In this document: piece after piece, positions 39,408-48,785 of the stretch
Layout: each line of letters starts with the position of its first letter
Position numbering within the stretch: the stretch's first letter is position 1
Source of the DNA: Minisyncoccota bacterium
GTDB lineage: Bacteria > Patescibacteriota > Minisyncoccia > UBA6257 > 02-FULL-45-10c
Assembly: GCA_036517155.1 (NCBI GenBank)
Contig: DATDXY010000019.1
Location: 9,913-73,912, forward strand
Reading direction: 5' to 3'
Length of the DNA stretch: 64,000 bases
Program-made: the position numbers and the translations under genes
Notes under the pieces: generated by a model
The model's input: only the letters and a program-made list of their open reading frames with translations
The model's database searches: none
What the model was told of the DNA's origin: nothing

Positions 39408-41330
39408 ATGAAACGTTTTCTCAAAATAATCGGCATCCTGGCAATCACACTTTTGATTATTTTGCCTTTAGCGCCCGCTGCTCGCGCGGAAGTAACTTGG
39501 GTTGAGGGTATTGGCATTTCTGTTTTCGCCAAAGGATTAACCACTCTTACTTACTTAATCGGTTATGCTGGTGGCTTACTTGTCCAACTTGCTGCGCAAA
39601 TGGTTAATTGGTCTTTGAATTTAAACAGCACCATTCTTTCCAGCCGACTGGTGCAGGTTGGGTGGCTTATCACCCGCGATCTTGCCAATCTTGGCTTTGT
39701 GCTGGCAATTATTTTAATCTCCTTTTTTACTATTTTCCGGTTCAATAATTACGACACAAAGAATATGTTGGTAAAATTGGTTATTTCTGCCTTACTAATC
39801 AATTTCAGTTTGGTTATTGCCGGTTTATTCATTGATTTCTCTGGAATTCTGACTAACTTTTTTGTCTCTAAAGCTACCGGCGGCGATCCCGCAAAAATGG
39901 CAGAAAATTTAGCCGGCGCATTTCAAGTGCAAAAATTACTCCAATCAACCGATAACTTGGACGTACTGACAAAAACCGCCGGTCAATTAAGCGATAGTTT
40001 CGCTGGTTGGCCAATTTTTTTCGCTTCGCTATTTTTCTCGGTTATTTTTTCTCTCATTGCCGCGATATCTATCGGCGCGGTTGGAGTAATGCTTTTTATT
40101 CGCTATATCTGGCTGGTGATGTTGGTTATTCTTATGCCAATCGCTTGGTTGCTTCGCGTTCTCCCAGAAACCGAGGGGAGGTGGAAAGAGTGGTGGAATG
40201 ATTTTTTACATTGGGTATTTTTTGCTCCAGCCGTCACTTTTTTTATCTATCTTGCTTTTGCGTTATTGGAAAATAAAGCAGAGGCGACAAAAACCTTGTC
40301 TTTGGAAGCGGCGAGCGGATTATTTAGCGTAGGCACCTTACAACAGGGCGCCGGGGAAATTATCGGTCAGATGATCGCCTTAACTGGAATTCTGATTGGG
40401 GGATTGAAAGTTGCCAGTAAAATGGGCGTTACCTTTGCCAATACCGCAATGGGGTTTGCGAATAAAGCAACCAGCGCAATTCTTGGGGGGACCATCCGAG
40501 GCACTGGGAAAATGGCTGGCGGAGCAGCTGGCGGAGCAGCGGGTTGGATCAAAGAAAAAGCGCTTACCGCCGGAGCTGGCGGCGGCAAAGAAAGTTATTT
40601 GCAAAGAGCTTCCGCGTGGCTTGCGAATAAACCAATCCCTGGAGCGCGCGCGTTAAGCACCGGCATCGCCAAAACCACCAAAGCAACACTTCAAGATGTG
40701 GAAAAATATCAAAAAGATAATATTGCCGATTTAACAAATGACGCTTTAATAGCAATGGCAAAAAATCCTTTAAATACCAGTACAGCGAATGCGGCAATTG
40801 CCCGGGAACTGGCTACGCGTCGAGACGCAACTGGCGTACCGATCGTTAATAAAGAAAAAGGCGCTTTCAAAGATGACGATCGCTTGTTAAGTCTTATGCG
40901 GGATGCGGATAGATTTGGATCCGCTGACGCGTTAATCAGCTCGCGTCCAGACCTTGGATTGCAATTGGGTAAAACAAAAGTAGAAATCTATGCCAAAGTT
41001 AAATCTGAAGATCGAGATAAACTTGGAGCGAAATTCTTTTCTGACGAAGACGGTCAAAAACTCTTATTAAAAATTAAGGGTGAGGATTTGGGTAACTTCG
41101 CCAAGAAATGGAGCGGTTCTGATCAAGAAGAGTTTATAGAATCTCTGCACCAAGCAATTACTAAAATCACTGACATCAATAGCAATGACGCAAAACAATT
41201 CCGAGCCATTGCCAGCCAAATTCGCCGCAGTCCAGCCTGGCCGGTAAAAATAGATCTTCAGAAAATTACTAATCTCTATACACCAGAACAATTAAAGAAA
41301 GTTCAGGGTGAAGAAGAAAGAAAATCATAA
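39408..41330 (+). CDS. VirB6/TrbL-like polytopic membrane protein with long hydrophilic C-terminal tail
   Basis: 640 aa; signal peptide plus about six TM helices in the first ~330 aa, Gly-rich linker, hydrophilic C-terminus. Topology and operon position match VirB6/TrbL/PrgH-type channel proteins. Confidence 0.45.
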   Translation: MKRFLKIIGILAITLLIILPLAPAARAEVTWVEGIGISVFAKGLTTLTYLIGYAGGLLVQLAAQMVNWSLNLNSTILSSRLVQVGWLITRDLANLGFVLAIILISFFTIFRFNNYDTKNMLVKLVISALLINFSLVIAGLFIDFSGILTNFFVSKATGGDPAKMAENLAGAFQVQKLLQSTDNLDVLTKTAGQLSDSFAGWPIFFASLFFSVIFSLIAAISIGAVGVMLFIRYIWLVMLVILMPIAWLLRVLPETEGRWKEWWNDFLHWVFFAPAVTFFIYLAFALLENKAEATKTLSLEAASGLFSVGTLQQGAGEIIGQMIALTGILIGGLKVASKMGVTFANTAMGFANKATSAILGGTIRGTGKMAGGAAGGAAGWIKEKALTAGAGGGKESYLQRASAWLANKPIPGARALSTGIAKTTKATLQDVEKYQKDNIADLTNDALIAMAKNPLNTSTANAAIARELATRRDATGVPIVNKEKGAFKDDDRLLSLMRDADRFGSADALISSRPDLGLQLGKTKVEIYAKVKSEDRDKLGAKFFSDEDGQKLLLKIKGEDLGNFAKKWSGSDQEEFIESLHQAITKITDINSNDAKQFRAIASQIRRSPAWPVKIDLQKITNLYTPEQLKKVQGEEERKS

Positions 41331-41338
41331 AATATTTT

Positions 41339-42214
41339 ATGGAAATTTCTAACTTACAATCTATCAGCGCCGCATTTCAGTCATTGCCAGAAAAAATTAA
41401 AGATTGGCTTGCGTCGGTTGATATTATTTTGCGCATCGAGCAAATATCAATTCGTTTCAATTTCAATAATTTGGAACAAGAAACTATTATTCCAAATTTA
41501 ATTTTACGGCTTTGTATTCAAAATTTAGACCCGCGAGATTTTATTAATACCCTAAGCATTCAACTTGGAGTTGATTTTGAAACCGCAAAAAAAATAACCC
41601 TAGATATTGAACGAGATATTCTTCGGGTTATTGAAATAGAACTCCGTCGCGATGTTGGAGTAGATATTAAGAATCTTTATTTTGGCAAACCCGGAGATCA
41701 AGCGCTGCGACCAATTAATGCGCCAACCCCATCTAGGACTCAAGAAACTCAGCCCCAATCAATACCAATAAAACCAATGGAAATCCCATCGGGGCCAAAC
41801 GTATCCTCTTGGTTAAAACCAAAAGATCAACCCGTTATCCAGACTCCTCCGGTAGAAAAACCCCAAACCGTTCAAGCGTCACTAACCAAGCAAAAGCCTT
41901 TAATTCCCAATGGCGGTCCAAAAATTGACTTGGAACACTTTGAAATTAAAGGGGAACCGTTTATTTTACACCAAGAACCGGGTACGACGCCGGCGACTGA
42001 AGCACCAAGGGTTTCTCCGGGATTTTCATTTAAAATCCCAACTTCATCTTTAACTTCTGAAAAACCCACTCCACAGAAATCAGTTTCGGTAAAATTAGAA
42101 ACTCCTCGGACGGTTAATTACAGCGATTTTCGAACCCCGTTGCCACCGCCTTCGCCCAACTCAGATACAAATCGTAAAAATACTGTTGATTTACGCAATA
42201 GCAATAATAAATAA
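41339..42214 (+). CDS. Hypothetical Pro-rich protein
   Basis: 291 aa; Pro-rich C-terminal half. Confidence 0.4.
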   Translation: MEISNLQSISAAFQSLPEKIKDWLASVDIILRIEQISIRFNFNNLEQETIIPNLILRLCIQNLDPRDFINTLSIQLGVDFETAKKITLDIERDILRVIEIELRRDVGVDIKNLYFGKPGDQALRPINAPTPSRTQETQPQSIPIKPMEIPSGPNVSSWLKPKDQPVIQTPPVEKPQTVQASLTKQKPLIPNGGPKIDLEHFEIKGEPFILHQEPGTTPATEAPRVSPGFSFKIPTSSLTSEKPTPQKSVSVKLETPRTVNYSDFRTPLPPPSPNSDTNRKNTVDLRNSNNK

Positions 42215-42222
42215 ATTATCAA

Positions 42223-42720
42223 ATGCAATTTCAAGTTCCGCAATTTATTGAAACCGAAGATAAAATTATCGGCCCACTCACACTAAAACAATTTCTCTAT
42301 CTCGCTCTGGCTGGAGGAGCGTGTTTTGGATTATATTTTATTTTAGACACCTGGCTGTGGCTTCTAGTTTCTATTTTTGTAGGAGCCATCGCCGCCGCCT
42401 TGGCATTCATCAAAGTCAATGGCCGCCCATTGCCGGTAATTGCTTTTGCCGCTTTTCAATATTATTGGAAGCCAAGATTTTATTTGTGGAAACACCAGGC
42501 AGAAACCGGACCAACAACTCATTTTCCGGAAGTGAAAAAACCGATTTTGGAACGATTGCGGGAACAATTACTGACTTCCAAAGCACCCATCCCAAAAAGA
42601 GAAAAAATCCTGAAACAACCGATTTTGGAAACCGCTGGCAAGCAAAGTAAAGAGCGATTTGAAATCCTTCGACGCATCACGGGAGAACGCGAGGTCTCTC
42701 GCCGCGTGGATTATCGTTAA
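42223..42720 (+). CDS. PrgI/VirB3-like small membrane protein
   Basis: 165 aa; MQFQVPQFIETEDKIIGPLTLKQFLYLALAGGACFGLYFIL followed by a second TM. It sits immediately upstream of VirB4, as in Gram-positive T4SS (PrgI-PrgJ). Confidence 0.45.
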   Translation: MQFQVPQFIETEDKIIGPLTLKQFLYLALAGGACFGLYFILDTWLWLLVSIFVGAIAAALAFIKVNGRPLPVIAFAAFQYYWKPRFYLWKHQAETGPTTHFPEVKKPILERLREQLLTSKAPIPKREKILKQPILETAGKQSKERFEILRRITGEREVSRRVDYR

Positions 42721-42743
42721 CCGAACTAGTATAATAAGGTAAC

Positions 42744-43397
42744 ATGCCAAACACACAAGAAGCATCGCCAATCCAACAATTTATTGAATTGGAGTCAATT
42801 GAAAATGGCGTTATCCATTTGAAAAATGGTGGATTAAGGAAAATTTTGCTGGTGTCCGGAATTAATTTTGACCTAAAATCGGAAGAGGAGCAGGGGATGA
42901 TTACTTACGCCTTTCAAAGTTTTCTCAATACCCTGGATTTTTCTCTCCAATTCTTTATCCATTCTCGAAAGCTCAATATTGACGATTATTTGGTGAAATT
43001 GGAAGATCGAGAAAAACAAGAACCCAGTGAATTGCTCAAAAATCAAATTTCCGAATATCGGGAATTTATCCGCGCGTTTGTCAGTCAGAACGCGATTATG
43101 GCAAAAACATTTTTCGTGATTGTTCCTTATAATCCATTGCGAATTCCCAAAGCCGGTACCGCCTTCACGGAAAAATTGACTCGATTATTCAGCAAAAGCA
43201 CCCCCAGCGAACAACCCCAAACTAGCGAACAAGAACAAATGGAACAACTGAATCTTCGCATAGATCAGGCAATCGCGGGCTTGAACCAAATTGGGCTTCG
43301 GGCCGTGCCATTAGATGATGATGAACTTTCGGAGCTGTTTTATAACCTCTATAATCCCGCGTCAGTCGAGCAAAAGAAAATTGACACGTCTGAATAA
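42744..43397 (+). CDS. VirB4/TrsE-family N-terminal domain, separated from the ATPase domain by an in-frame TAA
   Basis: 217 aa; IHLKNGGLRKILLVSGINFDLKSEEEQGMITYAFQSFLNTLDF matches the conserved N-terminal region of Gram-positive VirB4/TrsE proteins. It is in the same frame as 43401-45110. Confidence 0.55.
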   Translation: MPNTQEASPIQQFIELESIENGVIHLKNGGLRKILLVSGINFDLKSEEEQGMITYAFQSFLNTLDFSLQFFIHSRKLNIDDYLVKLEDREKQEPSELLKNQISEYREFIRAFVSQNAIMAKTFFVIVPYNPLRIPKAGTAFTEKLTRLFSKSTPSEQPQTSEQEQMEQLNLRIDQAIAGLNQIGLRAVPLDDDELSELFYNLYNPASVEQKKIDTSE

Positions 43398-43400
43398 TTT

Positions 43401-45110
43401 ATGGAATCAGAAAAAAAACTTATCAATATCATTGCCCCATCCGGCCTGCAAGTAGAGCCACAGTACTTGAAATTGGGGAATAAACTCGCAAAGACTTTGT
43501 TCGTATTTTCCTACCCCCGTTATCTGGCCACGGGTTGGTTTTCCGGAATTATTAATATGCCGGAATTATTGGATATCTCCATTTTCATCCACCCAGTAGA
43601 TACGGTACTCGCGCTTCGCACCCTCCGCCGAAAAGCTACTCAAGTGGAATCCCAACTGATTGAACGCCAACAAAAGGGGTTGGTTCGGGATCCGATTCTA
43701 GAAACCGCTTTTCAAGACGTGGAATCTCTGCGCGATTCCCTGCAGCAATCCCGCGAACAATTATTCAATGTTGGTGTATACATCACTTTTTACGCCGACA
43801 CGGTGGAACAATTAAATAAATTGGAAAATAAAATTTCCGCGTTTTTAGAAAGTCGTTTGATTTACGCTAAACCGGCGTTATTTCAACAATTAGAAGGGTT
43901 CGCATCCACTCTTCCGCTTAATCAAGACAAATTAGAAGTCCATTCGCCGCTTAATTCCAGTCCACTTTCCTCAATTTTCCCATTCACCTCAGCAAACCTT
44001 ACTTCGGATGAGGGTATTCTTTATGGCATTAATCGGCACAATAATACTTTGGTTATTTTTGATCGATTTTCACTGGAAAATGCTAATTTAGTTATTTTCG
44101 CCAAGTCTGGCAGTGGCAAATCTTATGCGACCAAACTGGAAGCGCTGCGATTATTGATGATGGGCGTGGATGTAATTATTATTGACCCGGAAAATGAATA
44201 TGAAAACATGGCAAAGGCAGTTGGTGGTAGTTATTTCCGCATCTCTCTCGCCTCCGACCACCATATCAATCCCTTTGAACTTCCTATTGTCGCGTCCGGC
44301 GACGATCCGAGTGATTCGTTGAAATCCCACATCGTGAACTTATCCGGATTATTGAAAATAATGCTCGGCAAGCTTACTCCGGAAGAAGATGCGATCTTGG
44401 ATCGCGCTTTGGCGGAAACTTACGCTTCCCACGATATTGTCGCGGGAAAAGATTTTTCCCAAGCGGTGCCGCCACTGTTGGAAGATTTAGAAAAAATTCT
44501 CCTGAATATGGAGGGTGGTCGGGGATTAAGCCAACGTTTATATAAATTCACTCAGGGCAGTTATGCCGGTTTTACCAATCAACCAACTAATGTCGATATT
44601 AAAAATCGGCTGATTGTCTTTTCTATCCGTGACCTCGAAGAGGAATTACGGCCAATCGCAATGTATATTGTGTTGAATTTTATTTGGAATCTTATCCGCG
44701 CCAATCTTAAAAAACGGGTGCTGATTGTGGATGAGGCGTGGGTGTTGATGAAATATGAAGACGGGGCTTCGTTTATGTTTGGTTTGGTAAAACGTTGCCG
44801 AAAATATTTCTTAGGAGTCACCACAATTACCCAAGACGTGGAAGATTTCTTGAAATCTCCGTATGGCCGGCCGATTATTACCAATTCTTCGTTACAACTC
44901 CTTCTTAAACAATCACCAGCGATGATTGATGTAGTAATTAAGTCCTTCAATCTTACCGACGGAGAAAAAAGCCTTTTATTGGAAGCGGGGGTTGGCGAAG
45001 GATTATTTTTTGCCGGTTTAAATCATGTCGCGATTCAGGTGGTCGCTTCGTATATTGAAGATAAAATTGTGACTACCAAACCAGAACAAATTCTGGAACA
45101 ACATTCATGA
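43401..45110 (+). CDS. VirB4/TrsE-family type IV secretion ATPase (C-terminal ATPase domain)
   Basis: 569 aa; Walker A FAKSGSGKSYAT, Walker B LIVDEAW, VirB4-type C-terminal motifs. Confidence 0.85.
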   Translation: MESEKKLINIIAPSGLQVEPQYLKLGNKLAKTLFVFSYPRYLATGWFSGIINMPELLDISIFIHPVDTVLALRTLRRKATQVESQLIERQQKGLVRDPILETAFQDVESLRDSLQQSREQLFNVGVYITFYADTVEQLNKLENKISAFLESRLIYAKPALFQQLEGFASTLPLNQDKLEVHSPLNSSPLSSIFPFTSANLTSDEGILYGINRHNNTLVIFDRFSLENANLVIFAKSGSGKSYATKLEALRLLMMGVDVIIIDPENEYENMAKAVGGSYFRISLASDHHINPFELPIVASGDDPSDSLKSHIVNLSGLLKIMLGKLTPEEDAILDRALAETYASHDIVAGKDFSQAVPPLLEDLEKILLNMEGGRGLSQRLYKFTQGSYAGFTNQPTNVDIKNRLIVFSIRDLEEELRPIAMYIVLNFIWNLIRANLKKRVLIVDEAWVLMKYEDGASFMFGLVKRCRKYFLGVTTITQDVEDFLKSPYGRPIITNSSLQLLLKQSPAMIDVVIKSFNLTDGEKSLLLEAGVGEGLFFAGLNHVAIQVVASYIEDKIVTTKPEQILEQHS

Positions 45111-45493
45111 ACCAGAGATCAAAAATAGATATGGTGGACGGATTTATTATGCTCGCTATGGCCGGTATTGCTGACGGGACCGAATTTCTAATGAATTATG
45201 TTGCCGCTATTCCAGTAATAGGATTGGGTGGACCATTAATCGCATCGCTGATTAGTTTTTTGGTATCGGCGATTTTACTAGCTTGGTTTATAATAAAAGG
45301 AATACCGTTGGGTTATCTTTTATCCGGCAGCGCGGTAGATATGATGCCGTTGGTCAATATGCTTCCAGCAAAAACCGCCGCGGTGATTGCGACAATTTTA
45401 AAAGACCGGGGAGCTGCCAATATAAAAACAACATCCCCAGAAACCAAAGAAGAAAAACCAAAACAAGAAGAAGAATTAAAAGAAGCAGTATAA
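45107..45493 (+). CDS. Hypothetical two-TM membrane protein
   Basis: 128 aa; overlaps the VirB4 stop by 4 nt; two TM helices then a K/E-rich tail. Confidence 0.4.
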   Translation: MNQRSKIDMVDGFIMLAMAGIADGTEFLMNYVAAIPVIGLGGPLIASLISFLVSAILLAWFIIKGIPLGYLLSGSAVDMMPLVNMLPAKTAAVIATILKDRGAANIKTTSPETKEEKPKQEEELKEAV

Positions 45494-45494
45494 T

Positions 45495-46169
45495 ATGCAC
45501 CGTTTAATATTTTCTATCATCTTTGTCGCCAGCATTTTAATTGCCGTTACTTCTTCCGCCCAAACCGCTCCGGAATTTATCACTTCTTGGAGAGCGATTA
45601 ATTATGTCCCAGCCACATACCTAGGCAAGATTTTCCCGACTAAGGGAAGTATTATCATTGTTGGTTTTGATCTCTTGGATAAAAATCAATTTGTGAACCT
45701 CTCTAAAGCAGAAATCCAATGGGATATTGATAACACGGTTCTCCAAACGGGGATTGGGATTCAACAAGTTCAATTTCAAAGTAATACGAATACCAATCAG
45801 CACGTCGTTCGCATAACAATTCGTAATTTTGGAACTTCCGAACTCAACTACACCTTTACTATCCCAATCAAAAAACCGCTTTTAATCATTGATGCTCCGG
45901 TGCCAAATCGACAATTGAGCCTTGGTCCCACCTTGTTCCGGGCTTTGCCATATTTTTTCAACACAAATAATCTTAGTACTGTGCGGTTTCAATGGTCCCG
46001 TAATGGACAAATCGTCACCGGCGATGCCAACACCCCAAACGCTTTAACACTTGAGATTTCTTCCGAAGGAAATCCGGTGGATAGCGATATCACTCTTTCC
46101 GCGTCCGCGCAAAATATTTTAAACCCGCTGGAAAATGCAACACAATTACTTAATTTAAAAATACGCTAA
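45495..46169 (+). CDS. Hypothetical secreted protein
   Basis: 224 aa with a signal peptide (IIFVASILIAVTSSAQT). Confidence 0.4.
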   Translation: MHRLIFSIIFVASILIAVTSSAQTAPEFITSWRAINYVPATYLGKIFPTKGSIIIVGFDLLDKNQFVNLSKAEIQWDIDNTVLQTGIGIQQVQFQSNTNTNQHVVRITIRNFGTSELNYTFTIPIKKPLLIIDAPVPNRQLSLGPTLFRALPYFFNTNNLSTVRFQWSRNGQIVTGDANTPNALTLEISSEGNPVDSDITLSASAQNILNPLENATQLLNLKIR

Positions 46170-46172
46170 TTT

Positions 46173-47255
46173 ATGAAATATTTTATCACAAACTTTATTC
46201 TGATAATTTGCATACTTAGCTTTATACCCAAGACATTTGCCGAAGAAGCAGATGCACGTGGTCTTATTTGTCCATCAGGCAGCACGGGTTATTACAAACT
46301 TGTTATGAAAAATATTTCCGGAGTTACTGAAGAGGTTGCGAAAAAATCATTAAAAAACATCACTCTAGGAATATTGACTCTCGGTGGATATAATTTATAT
46401 TCTGCATTTAATTTTACATCAGAAACTGGGCAGTTTTATGATAGGTATCTTGAACGTTGCGCTTCTAATATTCTTAAAGATTGTCCCGCGGATAGAATTA
46501 CAGCCGATCCCAATAATACTAATCAAAAAATTTGTTTAGTGAATCCGATAAAACTTACTAATCCAAATCTATTAAAAAATAAGGAACCGATTCAGGCCTA
46601 TACTTCCCAAGTCGCTATTCCTTGCAAGGAAATTGCTGGGGGGAAGTGCCCCAATCAAGATACTGGTCCAGCGGCCTATATTGCCCGTCTTTATACTTTT
46701 GGATTAATGATTGCCGGCGCAGCCGCGTTTGGAATGATTATTTTTGGAGGATTTAAATATGTTTTAGCCGCCGGGAATCTCGCGTCTACCCAAGAAGCCA
46801 AGGAAACCATTACTGGGGCAATTTGGGGATTGTTACTGCTTTTAATGGCTTATGTGATTCTCTACACGATTAATCCTCGATTAGTTAATGTTCAAGATCC
46901 AAACGCGCCGACTCTTTTTAGAGACTTTTCTCAAGAAGCTAGCATTGACCAACCCAACCAATTACTTCCAGCTATTGAGCCGGGCATCAAAGATCCGAAT
47001 TGCCGCATTTCTATTCAAGTGGATTTAACCACGCCAACCATTGGCGACCCCAACAATCCTAATGGTAAACCAATTTTGGAAAGTGGTAGAAAATCAGTGT
47101 GCGCGCCCTGGGGTTGTAATACGAATTCGTTCCGTACTATCGAAGGAATTTGTGAGTGTAATTTAGGATTTGCTCCTGACGCCGATGGAATTTGCGCAAA
47201 AACACTTGGCCCAGAACAAAATAGGGGATTTTTTCCTCAACCAAATACACAATAA
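46173..47255 (+). CDS. Cys-rich secreted protein with embedded pilin-like two-TM module
   Basis: 360 aa; signal peptide, Cys-rich ectodomain, internal hairpin of two TM helices (YTFGLMIAGAAAFGMIIFGGFKYVLAAGN…ITGAIWGLLLLLMAYVILYTI) resembling the VirB2/TrbC core. Confidence 0.4.
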   Translation: MKYFITNFILIICILSFIPKTFAEEADARGLICPSGSTGYYKLVMKNISGVTEEVAKKSLKNITLGILTLGGYNLYSAFNFTSETGQFYDRYLERCASNILKDCPADRITADPNNTNQKICLVNPIKLTNPNLLKNKEPIQAYTSQVAIPCKEIAGGKCPNQDTGPAAYIARLYTFGLMIAGAAAFGMIIFGGFKYVLAAGNLASTQEAKETITGAIWGLLLLLMAYVILYTINPRLVNVQDPNAPTLFRDFSQEASIDQPNQLLPAIEPGIKDPNCRISIQVDLTTPTIGDPNNPNGKPILESGRKSVCAPWGCNTNSFRTIEGICECNLGFAPDADGICAKTLGPEQNRGFFPQPNTQ

Positions 47256-47258
47256 AAT

Positions 47259-48332
47259 ATGAATAAAACAATTAAAATAGTTCTCATTTTAGCCGTAATT
47301 CTTCTTACTTTTGTGGGCGGATATTTTATTCTAAAAAATCTCGTGGAAAATAACGTTACTGATTTAGGACAAATTAAAACCGACAATGAAACGGGTCAAC
47401 CCATACTCTCTTCTTCAGCTCTTCAACAATTAATCTTTACCCCGATAGTTGATTATTGGATCCAATCGGATAATGACATTTACGCGTTAACCGAAACTGG
47501 GCAAGTAATTACGGTCAAAAATGGAGAAGTGGAACTGATAAATTCCCAAACTTTTTCTAAAATTCACTCTCTCGCGCCATCGTTTGACGGTGAAAAAATC
47601 ATTTTGGAATTCAATTTCCCCGATGCTCCTCGTTTCAATATTTTTAACACCACAGACGGAACCTGGCAGGGACTTCCCAGCGCGACTCGCGCTGCCGCCT
47701 GGTCACCAAATTCTTTGGAAATCGCATACTTGGAAGGCAATGCTTTAAAAATTCTGGAACCGAAAAAACAAACCACTCGAACGATAATTTCTATTTTTCA
47801 GCCGGACGCGCAGCTGAAATGGGTTGAGCCAAATCAAATCCTGATTAATTCTTACCCAAGCGCCTTACTCACCACTCGTATTTGGTCATTAAATCTCAAA
47901 ACAAAGTCTATCACTCCGTTTTTGAATGAAACCGGTGCGGTGTTGACTTGGTCTAATGATAAAGAACTTGCCTTAAAACTTCGCAGTTCTGCGCAGGGTT
48001 CGGTTTTAAGCCTTTTCCACAAGACTGGCACTCAAATTGATTTGAATATTCTGACTCTTCCGGAAAAATGCGAATTAACTAACAACCAAATTTATTGCGG
48101 CGTTCCAAAAATTATCCGAGAAGGCCTTACTTTATTAGATGACTATTACCAGCGCAATGTGTATTTTGACGACAATCTTTATTTAATTGATTTAACTAAT
48201 GGAACTAATTCTTTACTTTTGGAAAATCCTGGATTTCCAATTGATGTAAGCCATCCCAAACTTACGTCAGACAATCAACTGCTTTTTATCAACCGCTACG
48301 ATAATAAATTGTATACTTTAAAGTTAAAATAA
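47259..48332 (+). CDS. Hypothetical membrane-anchored protein (possible beta-propeller)
   Basis: 357 aa; N-terminal TM; last gene of the operon. Confidence 0.4.
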   Translation: MNKTIKIVLILAVILLTFVGGYFILKNLVENNVTDLGQIKTDNETGQPILSSSALQQLIFTPIVDYWIQSDNDIYALTETGQVITVKNGEVELINSQTFSKIHSLAPSFDGEKIILEFNFPDAPRFNIFNTTDGTWQGLPSATRAAAWSPNSLEIAYLEGNALKILEPKKQTTRTIISIFQPDAQLKWVEPNQILINSYPSALLTTRIWSLNLKTKSITPFLNETGAVLTWSNDKELALKLRSSAQGSVLSLFHKTGTQIDLNILTLPEKCELTNNQIYCGVPKIIREGLTLLDDYYQRNVYFDDNLYLIDLTNGTNSLLLENPGFPIDVSHPKLTSDNQLLFINRYDNKLYTLKLK

Positions 48333-48335
48333 AAA

Positions 48336-48362
48336 CATCCGCCAGTTGGCGGATGTTTTTAT
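48336..48362. terminator. Bidirectional rho-independent terminator
   Basis: CATCCGCCAGTTGGCGGATG hairpin flanked by A5 and T5; lies between the convergent operon end and jag. Confidence 0.7.
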
Positions 48363-48781
48363 AATGGCTTGATAATTACGCATCGCTCTTTTCCTTCTCC
48401 GACGCTTTCCGTTTTCACGTCTGGCCGGGAAGCGAGTTCCATATGCACCAGACGCCGTTCATAGCCGTTCATCGCCGGCAAAGCTACTTCCTTTTTTTGG
48501 ACCAATACTTTCCGGGCGGCGGCCTTGGCCAGTTCCGTAATTAAATGTTCCCGCTCTCGGCGATAATTATTGATATCCACAATAAAAGTATTCAAACTGT
48601 GACGTTTGGCCACCAAATTCAAAACAATTTCCAGTTCCGAAATTAATTTCGGCAAGGCCTCTTTGGATTCCATATGGGAATCAAAAATAGTAATCCGGCG
48701 GCCCTCAATATCCACATCCACCGAAACATCTTTCAGGCCGGTAGTAACTATTTGTTGAATTGTTTCTTTAAAATCCGCCAT
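48359..48781 (-). CDS. jag: Jag/KhpB-like R3H domain RNA-binding protein
   Basis: 140 aa; C-terminal R3H motif (GYERRLVHMELA); position downstream of yidC is conserved. Confidence 0.8.
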   Translation of the reverse strand: MADFKETIQQIVTTGLKDVSVDVDIEGRRITIFDSHMESKEALPKLISELEIVLNLVAKRHSLNTFIVDINNYRREREHLITELAKAAARKVLVQKKEVALPAMNGYERRLVHMELASRPDVKTESVGEGKERCVIIKPL

Positions 48782-48785
48782 AGAA

